64,000 bases of DNA. It comes from Candidatus Cloacimonadales bacterium (GTDB taxonomy: Bacteria > Cloacimonadota > Cloacimonadia > Cloacimonadales > JAIOQZ01). Numbering within the stretch: the stretch's first letter is position 1; each line of letters opens with the position of its first letter. Both the position numbers and the translations under genes were made by a program. The DNA lies in the NCBI GenBank assembly GCA_963662655.2, contig CAXXTU010000002.1, forward strand, positions 3,360,001-3,424,000, read 5' to 3'. The notes below the pieces were generated by a model, which saw only the letters and a program-made list of their open reading frames with translations, had not been told where the DNA came from and made no database searches. Shown here piece by piece: positions 18,939 to 28,667 of this stretch.

Positions 18939-20548
18939 TGTCAGGCGTAACAAGCAAGGCCGATAAGAGGCTCGAATTTTACAGAAATTTAGCGCAACAG
19001 GATATAGTATTAGCGTGTTTGCTCTTTGCAAAGGACATATGTGATTGGACTCCGAGATATCATCAGATATATCACATCAAGGAGATGCTCAGTAATCAGC
19101 GTGTTCTCAATGTTCTCCCCCCGAGATCGGGGAAAACCTCAGAGACGGAGCTGGTTGACCTTTTTGACTGCGTGATTAATCCGTGGGAAGAGCTTCGTTT
19201 GTATTGCCCGAAGAAAGAACAGGGCAAGGAGGCGATGCGCTACATTTACAACTGGATCAACGAATCATCAATTCTGCATTCCTTTCTACGGAAACACAAT
19301 GGAAAGCCGGTTCTCTCTCATGAACGATTCGAGTTTGCGAACATGAGTATTGGGGAAGTGCATTCCGTTGCGGCCAAAGTCGAAGGGCATAACGCGACGA
19401 TTGCGAGACTCGAAGAATTCGACGACTGGAAATTCGAATGGTTTTCCGAGAAGGTCATGAGGCGTATCGCGGCCCCTAATAAGAACGGACTTCCTACAAG
19501 AATCAGGATCACGGGAACGATCAAAGGACAAGAGAACATCTTCCGCATGGTTACAGAGAAGGGGCTGAGTTCGCAGTATAAAAACCTGATGGTACATCCT
19601 GTGATGGGGATTCTGGACGTTCATGCAATGATTGAGTGCGGCGCGCTCGACCCTGATGCGGTTGAACAGCAACGCCTTACAATGCCTCCAGACGAGTGGG
19701 CTCGATCGATGCTGCTCAAGTTTACCGAGGCAACCAACTTCATTTACAGCCGTTATCTCAGAGAATCGATGAAGGCGGCCATGGAGTGGGACATTCCGCT
19801 CGATGGGATTGATCCATATCGAGACGGGTATTACCAGACATGTGGGAAAATCGCGATCGGTTTCGACTGTGGACATTCAGGGCAATCGAAAGAGTCATCC
19901 GTCTATTCGCTTCAAGTTGTGGAGGAGATAGGCGACTGGCGACGCTGGATATACGCGAAGAAGTGGGCACCGGATGTAGATGAATCTCAGCTTCAGGATG
20001 AAGTGTTCGAGATTTTCCGTTTCTTCAAGCCTGATGGCGGATATGGCGATGCGCTGCAAGCCAACACCATTCAGAGCATCAACAAGCGGCTTTGGCGTGA
20101 GGGAATATCCTTCTTAAACCCTGAAGAGCATCCCGAGAATAACGCGTCGAACTGGAAGAGATGGTATTTCTCTCCCCTATGGAATACAGGGAAAGAGAAA
20201 CATTTCTACTATTCGTCGCTTCGAAACGGTGTTCACGGAGGTAAGTTCTTCTTCCCATACTACGACGCGAAAGATACCAGGCCGATTGCAATCATCTGCA
20301 AGCAAACCATTCAGAGTATTCTCAATATCCGGCAAGAGACCACAGCAGGACAATACCCGAGATATTACGGAGCATCCAACGAACACGGTGACGATCATGC
20401 CGACGCGCTGGGAATGGCGTGTCGATGGCTCGACGATCACCGCGACATACAAGTCAACTACAAGCTGGTTGAGGGCCACGGTGAGCACAAAATGATCACC
20501 GGACTGAAACGCACGAGATTGTCGTCCAGGATTATGGACGACTTCTAA
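18935..20548 (+). CDS. Terminase large subunit
   Basis: Walker A PPRSGKTS, Walker B ARLEEFDD, coupling motif ITGT, nuclease IGFDCG ... DDHADALG. Confidence 0.8.
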   Translation: MMSGVTSKADKRLEFYRNLAQQDIVLACLLFAKDICDWTPRYHQIYHIKEMLSNQRVLNVLPPRSGKTSETELVDLFDCVINPWEELRLYCPKKEQGKEAMRYIYNWINESSILHSFLRKHNGKPVLSHERFEFANMSIGEVHSVAAKVEGHNATIARLEEFDDWKFEWFSEKVMRRIAAPNKNGLPTRIRITGTIKGQENIFRMVTEKGLSSQYKNLMVHPVMGILDVHAMIECGALDPDAVEQQRLTMPPDEWARSMLLKFTEATNFIYSRYLRESMKAAMEWDIPLDGIDPYRDGYYQTCGKIAIGFDCGHSGQSKESSVYSLQVVEEIGDWRRWIYAKKWAPDVDESQLQDEVFEIFRFFKPDGGYGDALQANTIQSINKRLWREGISFLNPEEHPENNASNWKRWYFSPLWNTGKEKHFYYSSLRNGVHGGKFFFPYYDAKDTRPIAIICKQTIQSILNIRQETTAGQYPRYYGASNEHGDDHADALGMACRWLDDHRDIQVNYKLVEGHGEHKMITGLKRTRLSSRIMDDF

Positions 20549-20567
20549 AATCGATAAGGAGGAATTC

Positions 20568-21047
20568 ATGCGAAAACGATTTATTTCCATCATGCTACTG
20601 ATCGTTCTGACTTTGTCATGCACGATGGCATTGGCCGAGAATATCGGCAAGGATATGGGGCCACCGGATCAGAATGTCACCGGAGGGCGGATTGACGAGA
20701 ATACCGACACAACAGTTCGTCAGTATATCCTCCCGATCCTTGCGCTTGTAATCGTGACGGTGCTAACGCTGGTATTCAAGAAGAGCAACATCACAAAAGA
20801 CCGAATCCTACGACTGCTTACCGAAATCTGGAATATCATCGTCGATATCGATAACGACACCTCTTCACCGAACAACAGCCATACACGAGCGTCCCGGAAG
20901 CAAAAGACGCTCGCCAGAATTGAACAGGTAATTCCGAAGAAGGATAAAAGCCTGCTCGAAAAGACGTTCGGAAGCCTCAGCGGAGCGGTTGAAATGGCCT
21001 TTCAGGTATTCAAATACGGTCGTCCAATCATCAAGAAAATATTTTAA
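20568..21047 (+). CDS. Phage membrane protein (signal peptide + TM; possibly holin-like)
   Basis: Two hydrophobic segments; RBS AGGAGG. Confidence 0.5.
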   Translation: MRKRFISIMLLIVLTLSCTMALAENIGKDMGPPDQNVTGGRIDENTDTTVRQYILPILALVIVTVLTLVFKKSNITKDRILRLLTEIWNIIVDIDNDTSSPNNSHTRASRKQKTLARIEQVIPKKDKSLLEKTFGSLSGAVEMAFQVFKYGRPIIKKIF

Positions 21048-21088
21048 CAACGGCACGGGATAGCGGATGAAAAGACAGGAGCGCGGAC

Positions 21089-23320
21089 GTGATTAATGAA
21101 CATCGAGCGAAACGGATCAAACGGGAAAATCGACTGATACTTGAAGAAGTGACCCGCGCTCCTCGTCATCTGGCTACTTTACAAGGACGTTCACCGTACG
21201 AAAATCCCGATCGACAGGCGAGCAGGCGAGGTATCGAATACCTTGAGACGCACGTTGAATCGGACGGGCAGTACAAGTCTCAGATTGAAAGCCGTATCTC
21301 CGGTGTGCTGAAAAACCGGTATGAGATCGAACCGGGACACCAGATAATCGACGGGAAGAAGGTCGTTACGCAACGCGATGCCGAGATTGCCGAATTTGTA
21401 AGATGGAATCTGGAACACGTTCCAAGCTTCATCACCGATCTGAAGGCGATGCTCTCTGCAATCAGCAGGGGATTCAGCCTTTCGGAAATCAACTGGAAGC
21501 GCATTACGTCCGGTCAGTATGCCGGAAAAATTGGAATTCAGAATATCCGGCACAAGGAACAACGATATTTCTCGTTTGCCTTCGACGACATGGGATATTT
21601 TCAGCCAACGATGGTTGATCCCGAATACCGGCGGCTTCCCTTGAATAAGTTTATTCATGTCATTTCAGGCATCGACGACGAAAAGCCGTTCGGAACCCCG
21701 CTGGCAAGTCCTTGCTCGTTTTACACATGGCTGAAAAAGGGCGGATTCAAGGACTGGTCGTATTTCCAAACCCGATTCGGCCAACCGCTGGTAAAGGTGG
21801 GCGTACCAGAGAATACGCAAACCGGCGATGATGCGGACAAGGCGGCCACACGCATCTTCGAGGCTGCTGAAAGAGGGACGGGAATCAAGGTACCGAAGAA
21901 TCTGGATGTGTCGTTCCTTGAGGCGATGAGATCGGGAACCGCAACGCAGAAAGACTTCGTGGACGCATGTAATCGGGAGATCAGCGTTACGGTATTGGGT
22001 GTAACGCTTACGACCGACGAGGGGAAAAACACCGGTACGCATGCACTGGGATCGGTTCACGCAGAGAAAGAGGCAACGACAATTCTCTTCGACTCGATCA
22101 TGCTTTCCTCAGCCATTAACGATCAGTTGATCAAACGCCTGGTCAATTTCAATTTCCCCGGTGTCGAGAACTATCCGCGGTTCATTCTACCCCACTTCAA
22201 CTACTCGTACTTTGTGGCATTCGCTCAAGGTATTATGGCGATGGTTCAGGCGGGAGTGAAAATCCCGATGAACTGGGTTCGAAAAATCGCAATGCTTCCG
22301 GTTCCAGAAGAGGGCGAAGAACTCGTTCAGCAGGTAATCCAGACAATCACGAACGCTCAGGGAAAGGGAATCGACAACAAGGCCAAAGAGGCACATCAAC
22401 ACCACATCGATAACGATCGCGCGATACAGGACGGATTTGGAAGCCATTTCTCTGCAGAAACGGAGATCGAGAACTTGAACGTGAAATTGATCATGGACAA
22501 CGATCCCATCATTCGACGTTACGCCGGATCCGTGAGCGTCATTCTCGAAGACGAGATTCGCAAACTGATTCCGTCAATCATGGTATCGGGCACAATACCG
22601 GAGAAATCCGACAAGCTGAACCAATCCATTGCCACCCAGATAAACGAAATGATGGTGTTGGGATATCTCAGGGGGATGTACTCCATTCGAAAAGAGACCG
22701 AACACCTCGCTACATTCACAGAGGAGACTCAGGAAGAACCCGCCGCGCATTCTCTTCTGTTCGCACCTTTCAACGAAATCGTCCAGGAATACCTCAACCT
22801 TATCGAGCTGAACAAGGCGGCGTACGACCTTATCAGTGAGACGATGAAGCGTAAGGCTTTCACGGTGGCTGGCGTATTCAGCGAGAAAGGATTGAACGCC
22901 TTACATACGGCTATCGGAGAAGGGCTTGAAAAGGGACTCACTCAGGTTGAAATCGAGCTTAAGATGTCACGAGAGCTTAACCGATTAGGGCTTTCGGGAC
23001 TTCGGAGCTGGCATTCAGAATTGATTGTCAGAAACAACCTCATGGAAGCCTACTCCGGCGGACGAGAGAAGGTGTTGTCATCACTTAGTGATACGGAATT
23101 CCCTGCAAGGCAAGTTCTGTGCATCCTTGATGTCAGGACAAGGCCAAGTCACGCTGCATTCCATCGATTTACACGACCGCTGAACGATCCAATATGGAAC
23201 ATGCTACACACGCCATTTGACCACAATTGCCGGTGTACGATCCGCGCTATCCACAAATCGGAGAGCTACACGATTACCGAGGTATTGCCGGATATGTCCG
23301 GACTGGGGTTTGTCCAATGA
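21089..23320 (+). CDS. Portal protein (DUF935/Mu gp29-like) fused to Mu gpF-like head morphogenesis domain
   Basis: GFSLSEINW, W..F..RFGQP, EIS..VLG.TLTT, LG.VH (DUF935); C-terminal AFTVAG, D.RTRPSH, PFDHNCRC (Phage_Mu_F). Confidence 0.8.
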   Translation: MINEHRAKRIKRENRLILEEVTRAPRHLATLQGRSPYENPDRQASRRGIEYLETHVESDGQYKSQIESRISGVLKNRYEIEPGHQIIDGKKVVTQRDAEIAEFVRWNLEHVPSFITDLKAMLSAISRGFSLSEINWKRITSGQYAGKIGIQNIRHKEQRYFSFAFDDMGYFQPTMVDPEYRRLPLNKFIHVISGIDDEKPFGTPLASPCSFYTWLKKGGFKDWSYFQTRFGQPLVKVGVPENTQTGDDADKAATRIFEAAERGTGIKVPKNLDVSFLEAMRSGTATQKDFVDACNREISVTVLGVTLTTDEGKNTGTHALGSVHAEKEATTILFDSIMLSSAINDQLIKRLVNFNFPGVENYPRFILPHFNYSYFVAFAQGIMAMVQAGVKIPMNWVRKIAMLPVPEEGEELVQQVIQTITNAQGKGIDNKAKEAHQHHIDNDRAIQDGFGSHFSAETEIENLNVKLIMDNDPIIRRYAGSVSVILEDEIRKLIPSIMVSGTIPEKSDKLNQSIATQINEMMVLGYLRGMYSIRKETEHLATFTEETQEEPAAHSLLFAPFNEIVQEYLNLIELNKAAYDLISETMKRKAFTVAGVFSEKGLNALHTAIGEGLEKGLTQVEIELKMSRELNRLGLSGLRSWHSELIVRNNLMEAYSGGREKVLSSLSDTEFPARQVLCILDVRTRPSHAAFHRFTRPLNDPIWNMLHTPFDHNCRCTIRAIHKSESYTITEVLPDMSGLGFVQ

Positions 23321-23841
23321 CATTCATGCAAGCGGAACAACCATACAACTTAAGGACGGAACCAATGGGAAACCAGATTTCAGAACAATTCGTAAAGACG
23401 ATTGAAGCGCAATTGGTTCGCCATGAGGGCGAGAAACTCAAGCCGTACCGGTGTCCGGCCGGCAAGTGGACGATCGGCGTGGGGCGGAACCTGGAAGACA
23501 GGGGCATTACAACCGACGAACTAGTGAAAATCTTCAGGGAAAGCGGCATTACAGAAGAACAATCACGAACACTGCTTCGTAACGACATCAATGCAACGAT
23601 TCAACAACTGAACCGGCATCTTTCCGAGGTATTCAACTCCCTGAACGACTCCCGAAAGGCCGTGCTGGTGGACATGGCGTTCAACATGGGAATCGGGGGG
23701 CTGCTGAAGTTCAAACGGATGATTCAGGCACTAGGAGTCCGCGATTATGAACGCGCGGCGATTGAGATGCTGGATTCACGATGGGCGCGACAGGTGGGAA
23801 GGCGCGCGAACAATCTTTCAGAACAAATGAAAAGGGGATAA
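23317..23841 (+). CDS. Endolysin, GH24/T4-lysozyme-like
   Basis: HEGEKLKPYRCPAGKWTIGVGRN; MAFNMG; EMLDSRWARQVGRRA. Start at 23317 or 23365. Confidence 0.9.
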   Translation: MTFMQAEQPYNLRTEPMGNQISEQFVKTIEAQLVRHEGEKLKPYRCPAGKWTIGVGRNLEDRGITTDELVKIFRESGITEEQSRTLLRNDINATIQQLNRHLSEVFNSLNDSRKAVLVDMAFNMGIGGLLKFKRMIQALGVRDYERAAIEMLDSRWARQVGRRANNLSEQMKRG

Positions 23842-23846
23842 ACGCT

Positions 23847-24260
23847 ATGGGAAACAAAAGCAATCTTGAGATTAAAACCGAGCCTACAGAGAAGGTTTCA
23901 ATCACCATACACACCGATATCGATACACTCGTATTAGCTGGCCCAATGATGGTAAAGAACGGACTTGGATCACTTCTTCTTGGTAGATCGGAAGACGAAT
24001 CAGAAAAGGGCGGACTGCAAAACACAATGTACACATTGATCCAGGAACTCTGGTTTACCGGTGAAATCAAACCCTTTCTCCGTACGATTTTGCATATCGA
24101 TGAACTTCCTAAATTCACCTTCCGTGAGACATGGGAGATTGTCGGGGTTTTTTTAGGACTGCTCACGATGGGATCGAGCGGGGGTACCGACGATGGCCTG
24201 AAGCGAGTAAGCAATCCAGAGGAAGCGACAGGACGGAGACTGGGCATCCGTTTCGCATAA
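23847..24260 (+). CDS. Putative tail assembly chaperone (gpG-like)
   Basis: Slippery T-TTT-TTA at 24149-24155 inside the ORF with an open -1 frame. Confidence 0.55.
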   Translation: MGNKSNLEIKTEPTEKVSITIHTDIDTLVLAGPMMVKNGLGSLLLGRSEDESEKGGLQNTMYTLIQELWFTGEIKPFLRTILHIDELPKFTFRETWEIVGVFLGLLTMGSSGGTDDGLKRVSNPEEATGRRLGIRFA

Positions 24261-24406
24261 TCAAGTTCCAGCTCATGCAGATTGGGGTGTATCACCCTGG
24301 GATGCCGATCGATATGGCACTGGAATTTTACGGATATTGGCTAAAACAGGAAGCAGCAAAGAAGAAGGAGATTGAGAAATGGCAGCGGCGAAAAGGATAT
24401 CGGTAA
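24149..24406 (+). CDS. -1 frameshift extension of the tail assembly chaperone (gpGT-like)
   Basis: ORF 24131..24406 lies in the -1 frame; product ends ...MPIDMALEFYGYWLKQEAAKKKEIEKWQRRKGYR, resembling T extensions. Confidence 0.55.
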   Translation, partial: FFRTAHDGIERGYRRWPEASKQSRGSDRTETGHPFRIIKFQLMQIGVYHPGMPIDMALEFYGYWLKQEAAKKKEIEKWQRRKGYR

Positions 24407-24675
24407 CGGCTATTCTGGTGTGCGTAATAACGGCCCTGTGGGGCGTGGTTTACTGGCAGATACAGGGAAACGAGGACGGCATCGAGGAGAACAGGAAATC
24501 CATCGTGTTGATCTACGAGAAGATCAGCGACCTTGAAAACGGACAGATTACCAAGGCTGAATTCAAGGAGATTGTGGCTGACGGGTTGAAGGCTTTCAAG
24601 CTGGATTGCATTGAAGAGGGAAGCATGTTCGTACCTGGTGCCCAACCACAACGGAAACCGGAGAGCAGACCATGA
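24379..24675 (+). CDS. Single-TM coiled-coil phage membrane protein (holin/spanin-like)
   Basis: N-terminal TM helix followed by coiled coil. Confidence 0.45.
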   Translation: MAAAKRISVTAILVCVITALWGVVYWQIQGNEDGIEENRKSIVLIYEKISDLENGQITKAEFKEIVADGLKAFKLDCIEEGSMFVPGAQPQRKPESRP

Positions 24676-25889
24676 GCAAGCAATTATTCAAGTACTATCG
24701 CCACGAGAAGAACCAAGACGGAAGCTACAACATCTACGGCGTCGAGGTGTTCATCCTGGGATTACATCGCAAATTCAACTACGACAAGACATGGTTCGAG
24801 CGAGCGAAGCAAAATCATGAAGAGAAGACAGCCAAGGGGAACTTGCCGCCGATCTTCATCGGGCACAACGATGGAACAGAGAAACGCGCTTGCGGGTTCT
24901 TCGACAACCTTCGCCTCAATGGCGACATGGTTGTGGTGGATTTCCTGAAGATTCCGGCATCTATATTCGCTCTGATTGCAGATCGAGCATATCCGAACCG
25001 CTCTATTGAGGTTTGGGAGAAAAACGCATACATAAGCGGAATCGCTCTTTTGGGATCAAGCGAACCTTTCCATAAGCTTCCGAGCCTGGAGATCGACCAT
25101 ACAGAACAGATCATGGCTGCCAGCGTTCCACTCGGCGCAGCCGTACATTTCTCGACGTACGATGACGGCAAGCTCACCCACGTAATGACTTTTGGCCATC
25201 AGGACGACGACGACACATCCTTCTTCAATATGTTCTTCCGCTGGTTGATGAACTCGAAGAAGATGGAGCCAGGGGACACTCTTCGATTACTCATGAATCA
25301 TTTCGACAACATCAAAAAGGAAGAACCGCAGGACACGGCAGGCAACCCTGATGGCGGGACTCAGACAGAGGACAAAAACGGCACACAAAAGAAACCAGAA
25401 GCAGAAGCAGAAGGAGAAGGAACTATGGATTTCAATGAGGAATTCAAACAGAAGTATGGGATGACTCCCGAGGAGTTCGTTGCAAAGCAGAAGAAAGAAG
25501 CTGAAGAGCGGCTCCGAAGGGATCGAGAGCATTACGCCAGCCTGTTCAAGATCAAGCTGGATGGAATGGACGTATGCCCCGCGATTACCGAAAGCGTTCA
25601 TGCTTTTATGGAAGCTGGTACGGACGAAAAGGTGCGGTTCGGTAAAGACGATCTCGATCACCGAGAGGCTTTCGAAAAGCTTATCACCGACATCATTGAG
25701 AAGGCTACGGAAGGCGAACTCGTGGTGAACATGCAGGAAACCGCGGGTGGCAAGGGAACACAGAACTTCGACGACGACGACGACGATCCGGTAACAATCG
25801 ACAAGGGTATCAAGAAGATCATGCGCGAAAAGGGCGTGGATTACAACGAAGGATTCGAAATCTTCTTCGTAGACAGGGGAGGTGAGTGA
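24672..25889 (+). CDS. Mu-like prohead protease with in-frame scaffold (gpI/gpZ-like)
   Basis: P.FIGH, ACG, YPNRSIE, IALLG..P motifs; internal RBS AAGGAGAAGG + ATG at 25425. Confidence 0.7.
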   Translation: MSKQLFKYYRHEKNQDGSYNIYGVEVFILGLHRKFNYDKTWFERAKQNHEEKTAKGNLPPIFIGHNDGTEKRACGFFDNLRLNGDMVVVDFLKIPASIFALIADRAYPNRSIEVWEKNAYISGIALLGSSEPFHKLPSLEIDHTEQIMAASVPLGAAVHFSTYDDGKLTHVMTFGHQDDDDTSFFNMFFRWLMNSKKMEPGDTLRLLMNHFDNIKKEEPQDTAGNPDGGTQTEDKNGTQKKPEAEAEGEGTMDFNEEFKQKYGMTPEEFVAKQKKEAEERLRRDREHYASLFKIKLDGMDVCPAITESVHAFMEAGTDEKVRFGKDDLDHREAFEKLITDIIEKATEGELVVNMQETAGGKGTQNFDDDDDDPVTIDKGIKKIMREKGVDYNEGFEIFFVDRGGE

Positions 25890-26356
25890 TGAGCTTGCAC
25901 GGACGAAATACGGGCGCAGTGGTCTCGGTGGATGCCACTGAAGATATTACCAAGCGGCGACTTGTTACCGCTGGCGGCAAACACGAAGCGAACAAACTCG
26001 CAGTGGGCGCAGCGATCTACGACCAGGACGATGGAAAGTCGGCAAGCATTCAGCAATACGGTATTGCTGAGGTGGTCACAGGGGCTGCCGTGGCTGTTGG
26101 CGATCTGGTGAAGAGCGATGCGGACGGAAAGGTCGTCCCCTTGGCAATGGTCGATTACACCCCAACAACCAGCGCATTGGTTGGCGGGGGAACCGTCGCG
26201 GAACTGGCAGCGGAAATCAACACGGCACTCAACATCGAACGGGGGCTTATCCAGGCAGCAATCAACGCGAACAAGGCTGAAGTTGGACGTATCTGCGGAC
26301 GCGCACTCCAATCGGCTGAGGGCGCAAATGAAATCATCCGAATCCAACTGGCGTAA
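25886..26356 (+). CDS. Head decoration / capsid cement protein (DUF2190-like)
   Basis: GIAEVVTGAAVAVGDLVKSDADGKVV ... GRALQSA; lies between protease and capsid. Confidence 0.7.
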   Translation: MMSLHGRNTGAVVSVDATEDITKRRLVTAGGKHEANKLAVGAAIYDQDDGKSASIQQYGIAEVVTGAAVAVGDLVKSDADGKVVPLAMVDYTPTTSALVGGGTVAELAAEINTALNIERGLIQAAINANKAEVGRICGRALQSAEGANEIIRIQLA

Positions 26357-26367
26357 GGAGAATAGAA

Positions 26368-27384
26368 ATGAAACAGAAGCTGAAGCTGACAACGAAATCA
26401 GACTACAAGAACATGAATATCCAGCAGCTCCGGAAGTTCGTCGAGCAGTTCGAGGCCCGAGACTCTCAGTTGAGGGGAGACACACATCCCATTGTTAAGG
26501 GTATGCTTCTCGGGGCACTCTATCCAGGCTTTATCGGAGACAAGGCGGTTCCGACGATCGAAACCCTGACTCAAGCCGGTACCTATCTGATCGGTGGAGA
26601 CAGAGAGGGGCTCGACAAGCATGAGACCAAGCGCGCACTGGGCAGCAAGCCGAACACGGTGAGCATGTCGAACAGCTCGGCGAAGTTCGCTTGCGAGGAA
26701 AGGGCACTGGAAATCGAGCTCGATTACGCGGAGCTCGATATTGCAGAAGCTCACGGAGCCAAAGAAACACTGAAATTGAAACGTCGTGCAGGGCACATCA
26801 TCCACTACATTCTACATCTAGTCAGGGAGCTCGAAATAGCGGAAAAGGTGTTCGGGTACGACAACTATGATTCGGGGCAAAGAATAACCCTGTCAGGATC
26901 CGACCAATGGAGCGACAACGATAGCGATCCCGAAGGCGTTATCATAGACGCAGTGGAGGCGTTTGAAACCCAGGCGGGGATTTCACCGAACACCCTGATC
27001 CTTGGCGTGCAGGTTTACAATACTCTCAAGCAACATCCAGCACTCAAAAGCTTCATCAGCGATAACCGCTCCAAGAAGGTGCGTCATGAGGATATGCTCG
27101 AGTTTTTCGACGTTGAAAACATCCTCGTTGGTAAGGGCATCTATCGCGACAATGGGGTCGTCTCCAGAATTTGGGGAAAGAAAGCAGCCCTGCTTTATCT
27201 GCCGCCGGAAGGAATGCAGCTCGATATCATGCCGTATCACACGGTCAATTTCGAATGGAAGAAACGCTTCGATGTCCGCGAAGTAGCACGCGAGGACACC
27301 GTCGCGCTGAAGGAATACATGTCGTACCAAATCCAGACCTTGAGCAAGAAATTCGGGTATCTCGTTGAAGGCGCGATAGCGTAG
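26368..27384 (+). CDS. Major capsid protein
   Basis: 338 aa; RELEIA, QWSD..SDP, PNTLILG..V...LKQHP, GYLVEGA motifs; position in head operon. Confidence 0.8.
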   Translation: MKQKLKLTTKSDYKNMNIQQLRKFVEQFEARDSQLRGDTHPIVKGMLLGALYPGFIGDKAVPTIETLTQAGTYLIGGDREGLDKHETKRALGSKPNTVSMSNSSAKFACEERALEIELDYAELDIAEAHGAKETLKLKRRAGHIIHYILHLVRELEIAEKVFGYDNYDSGQRITLSGSDQWSDNDSDPEGVIIDAVEAFETQAGISPNTLILGVQVYNTLKQHPALKSFISDNRSKKVRHEDMLEFFDVENILVGKGIYRDNGVVSRIWGKKAALLYLPPEGMQLDIMPYHTVNFEWKKRFDVREVAREDTVALKEYMSYQIQTLSKKFGYLVEGAIA

Positions 27385-27392
27385 GGGGACGT

Positions 27393-27713
27393 ATGATCAA
27401 GATCAAGACGAATATCAGGCACAATCATGTGTTGTACACGATTGGGCAAACCGTAGATGACATTCCTGGGCTTCCCGAGGTGGAGCGAAAGGAGATGATA
27501 CGGCTTGGGAAAATCGAGGTTATCCCCGATCCTCCAACAGCAGGAAGTAAAGAAGTGTATCGCGTAATCAAGGAAGAATCCGTGGAGCGCATGGACGGCA
27601 CCTTTCTGGACATTGGCGATCTTGTAACCGAGGACATGGAATTTCCGAAATCAATCAAACAGATGTTGCATTTCGGCTGGATTGAGCCTCAAGCAGAGAC
27701 AGGAGACAGATAA
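27393..27713 (+). CDS. Hypothetical phage protein with two internal repeats (head-associated)
   Basis: Two similar halves (IGQTV...LGKIE / IGDLV...FGWIE); follows capsid. Confidence 0.5.
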   Translation: MIKIKTNIRHNHVLYTIGQTVDDIPGLPEVERKEMIRLGKIEVIPDPPTAGSKEVYRVIKEESVERMDGTFLDIGDLVTEDMEFPKSIKQMLHFGWIEPQAETGDR

Positions 27714-28249
27714 TGGGAACATTAACAAGACCGACAGGGTTAGCAACGAACAGCTTCGACGATGCGCTACGCATCTGGAAGAAGCACTGTAGATTGTATG
27801 TTTCCGAAGGAATTGCCGGAGACGATAACACACCCGCAACCAAGGAAGCCCTTGCCGCATTGATCGACGCCAGCACCGGCGTTTTCGCCCCACTGGGCAG
27901 GCTAACCGAAGATTCCGGAGAACTCGACTGGGAGCAATTCTTCGATAAAGTATCAGAAGGAAAGGCTCTTGGTGATGTTGAAGTTACGGCGACGGCGAAC
28001 GTCATCGCGATTGACTCAGACCAACTTGCGTGGCTGGACAGCGCGAACGCGAAGAAGAAGCTTTCTCTCCTCGCGATACCGCTCGATCGGGACGACGAAT
28101 TCGTAATCATTTCCGGCGTGGACATGACTCACAAGGGCAAGATGCTCTTCAACGGCGGCCTCAGCCATTGTGACCTGACCTTTTCGGGAGTCTATTCGAC
28201 GATTGGGGCGTGTATCAAGGTAGGAACCGGCTTGACATCAGGAACGTAA
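27713..28249 (+). CDS. Putative major tail (tube) protein
   Basis: 178 aa, beta-rich, PLGRLTEDSG motif; position; followed by a stem-loop. Confidence 0.45.
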   Translation: MGTLTRPTGLATNSFDDALRIWKKHCRLYVSEGIAGDDNTPATKEALAALIDASTGVFAPLGRLTEDSGELDWEQFFDKVSEGKALGDVEVTATANVIAIDSDQLAWLDSANAKKKLSLLAIPLDRDDEFVIISGVDMTHKGKMLFNGGLSHCDLTFSGVYSTIGACIKVGTGLTSGT

Positions 28250-28325
28250 TACAATCCTCCCCCCCCTCCCCTCCATCGATTCTTGTGGGAATTCAGGATG
28301 ACCTGGAGGGGAACAGGGCGAGGAA

Positions 28326-28667
28326 ATGGAGGTAGAAATGTTTGGAAGTATGTATCTCGATAAGAACGGGCATCCTCTTTATATCGGGAAATCCGAGTTT
28401 ATCGCCGACTTGGACGGAACGACAGAGGCGGTAAGCTATCCATCGAGCGGAACCTTTAGCGAGAAGAAGTTTCTTCGCTTAACATCAGAACTCGGGAACT
28501 TTCGGTATGGGATCGGTTCCGCACCGACCGTTGACGGAAGTAATGGCGTACTGGTTACCGAAGGTGTTGTCGAACTTACCGAAGTCGATGCTGGAGAGAA
28601 GCTCACGATTCACGGCAGTATTGTGAATGTATGCGAGCTGAAAGGCAAGCAAGCAGCGGGAGTATAG
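28326..28667 (+). CDS. Hypothetical virion protein
   Basis: RBS GGAGG; small beta-rich ORF in late operon. Confidence 0.55.
   Translation: MEVEMFGSMYLDKNGHPLYIGKSEFIADLDGTTEAVSYPSSGTFSEKKFLRLTSELGNFRYGIGSAPTVDGSNGVLVTEGVVELTEVDAGEKLTIHGSIVNVCELKGKQAAGV

Noticed and set aside
28256..28312. C-rich tract after the tail-tube gene as a phase-variation site
   Set aside because: It is intergenic and can pair with downstream GGAGGGG, so it is more simply a stem-loop attenuator or stabiliser
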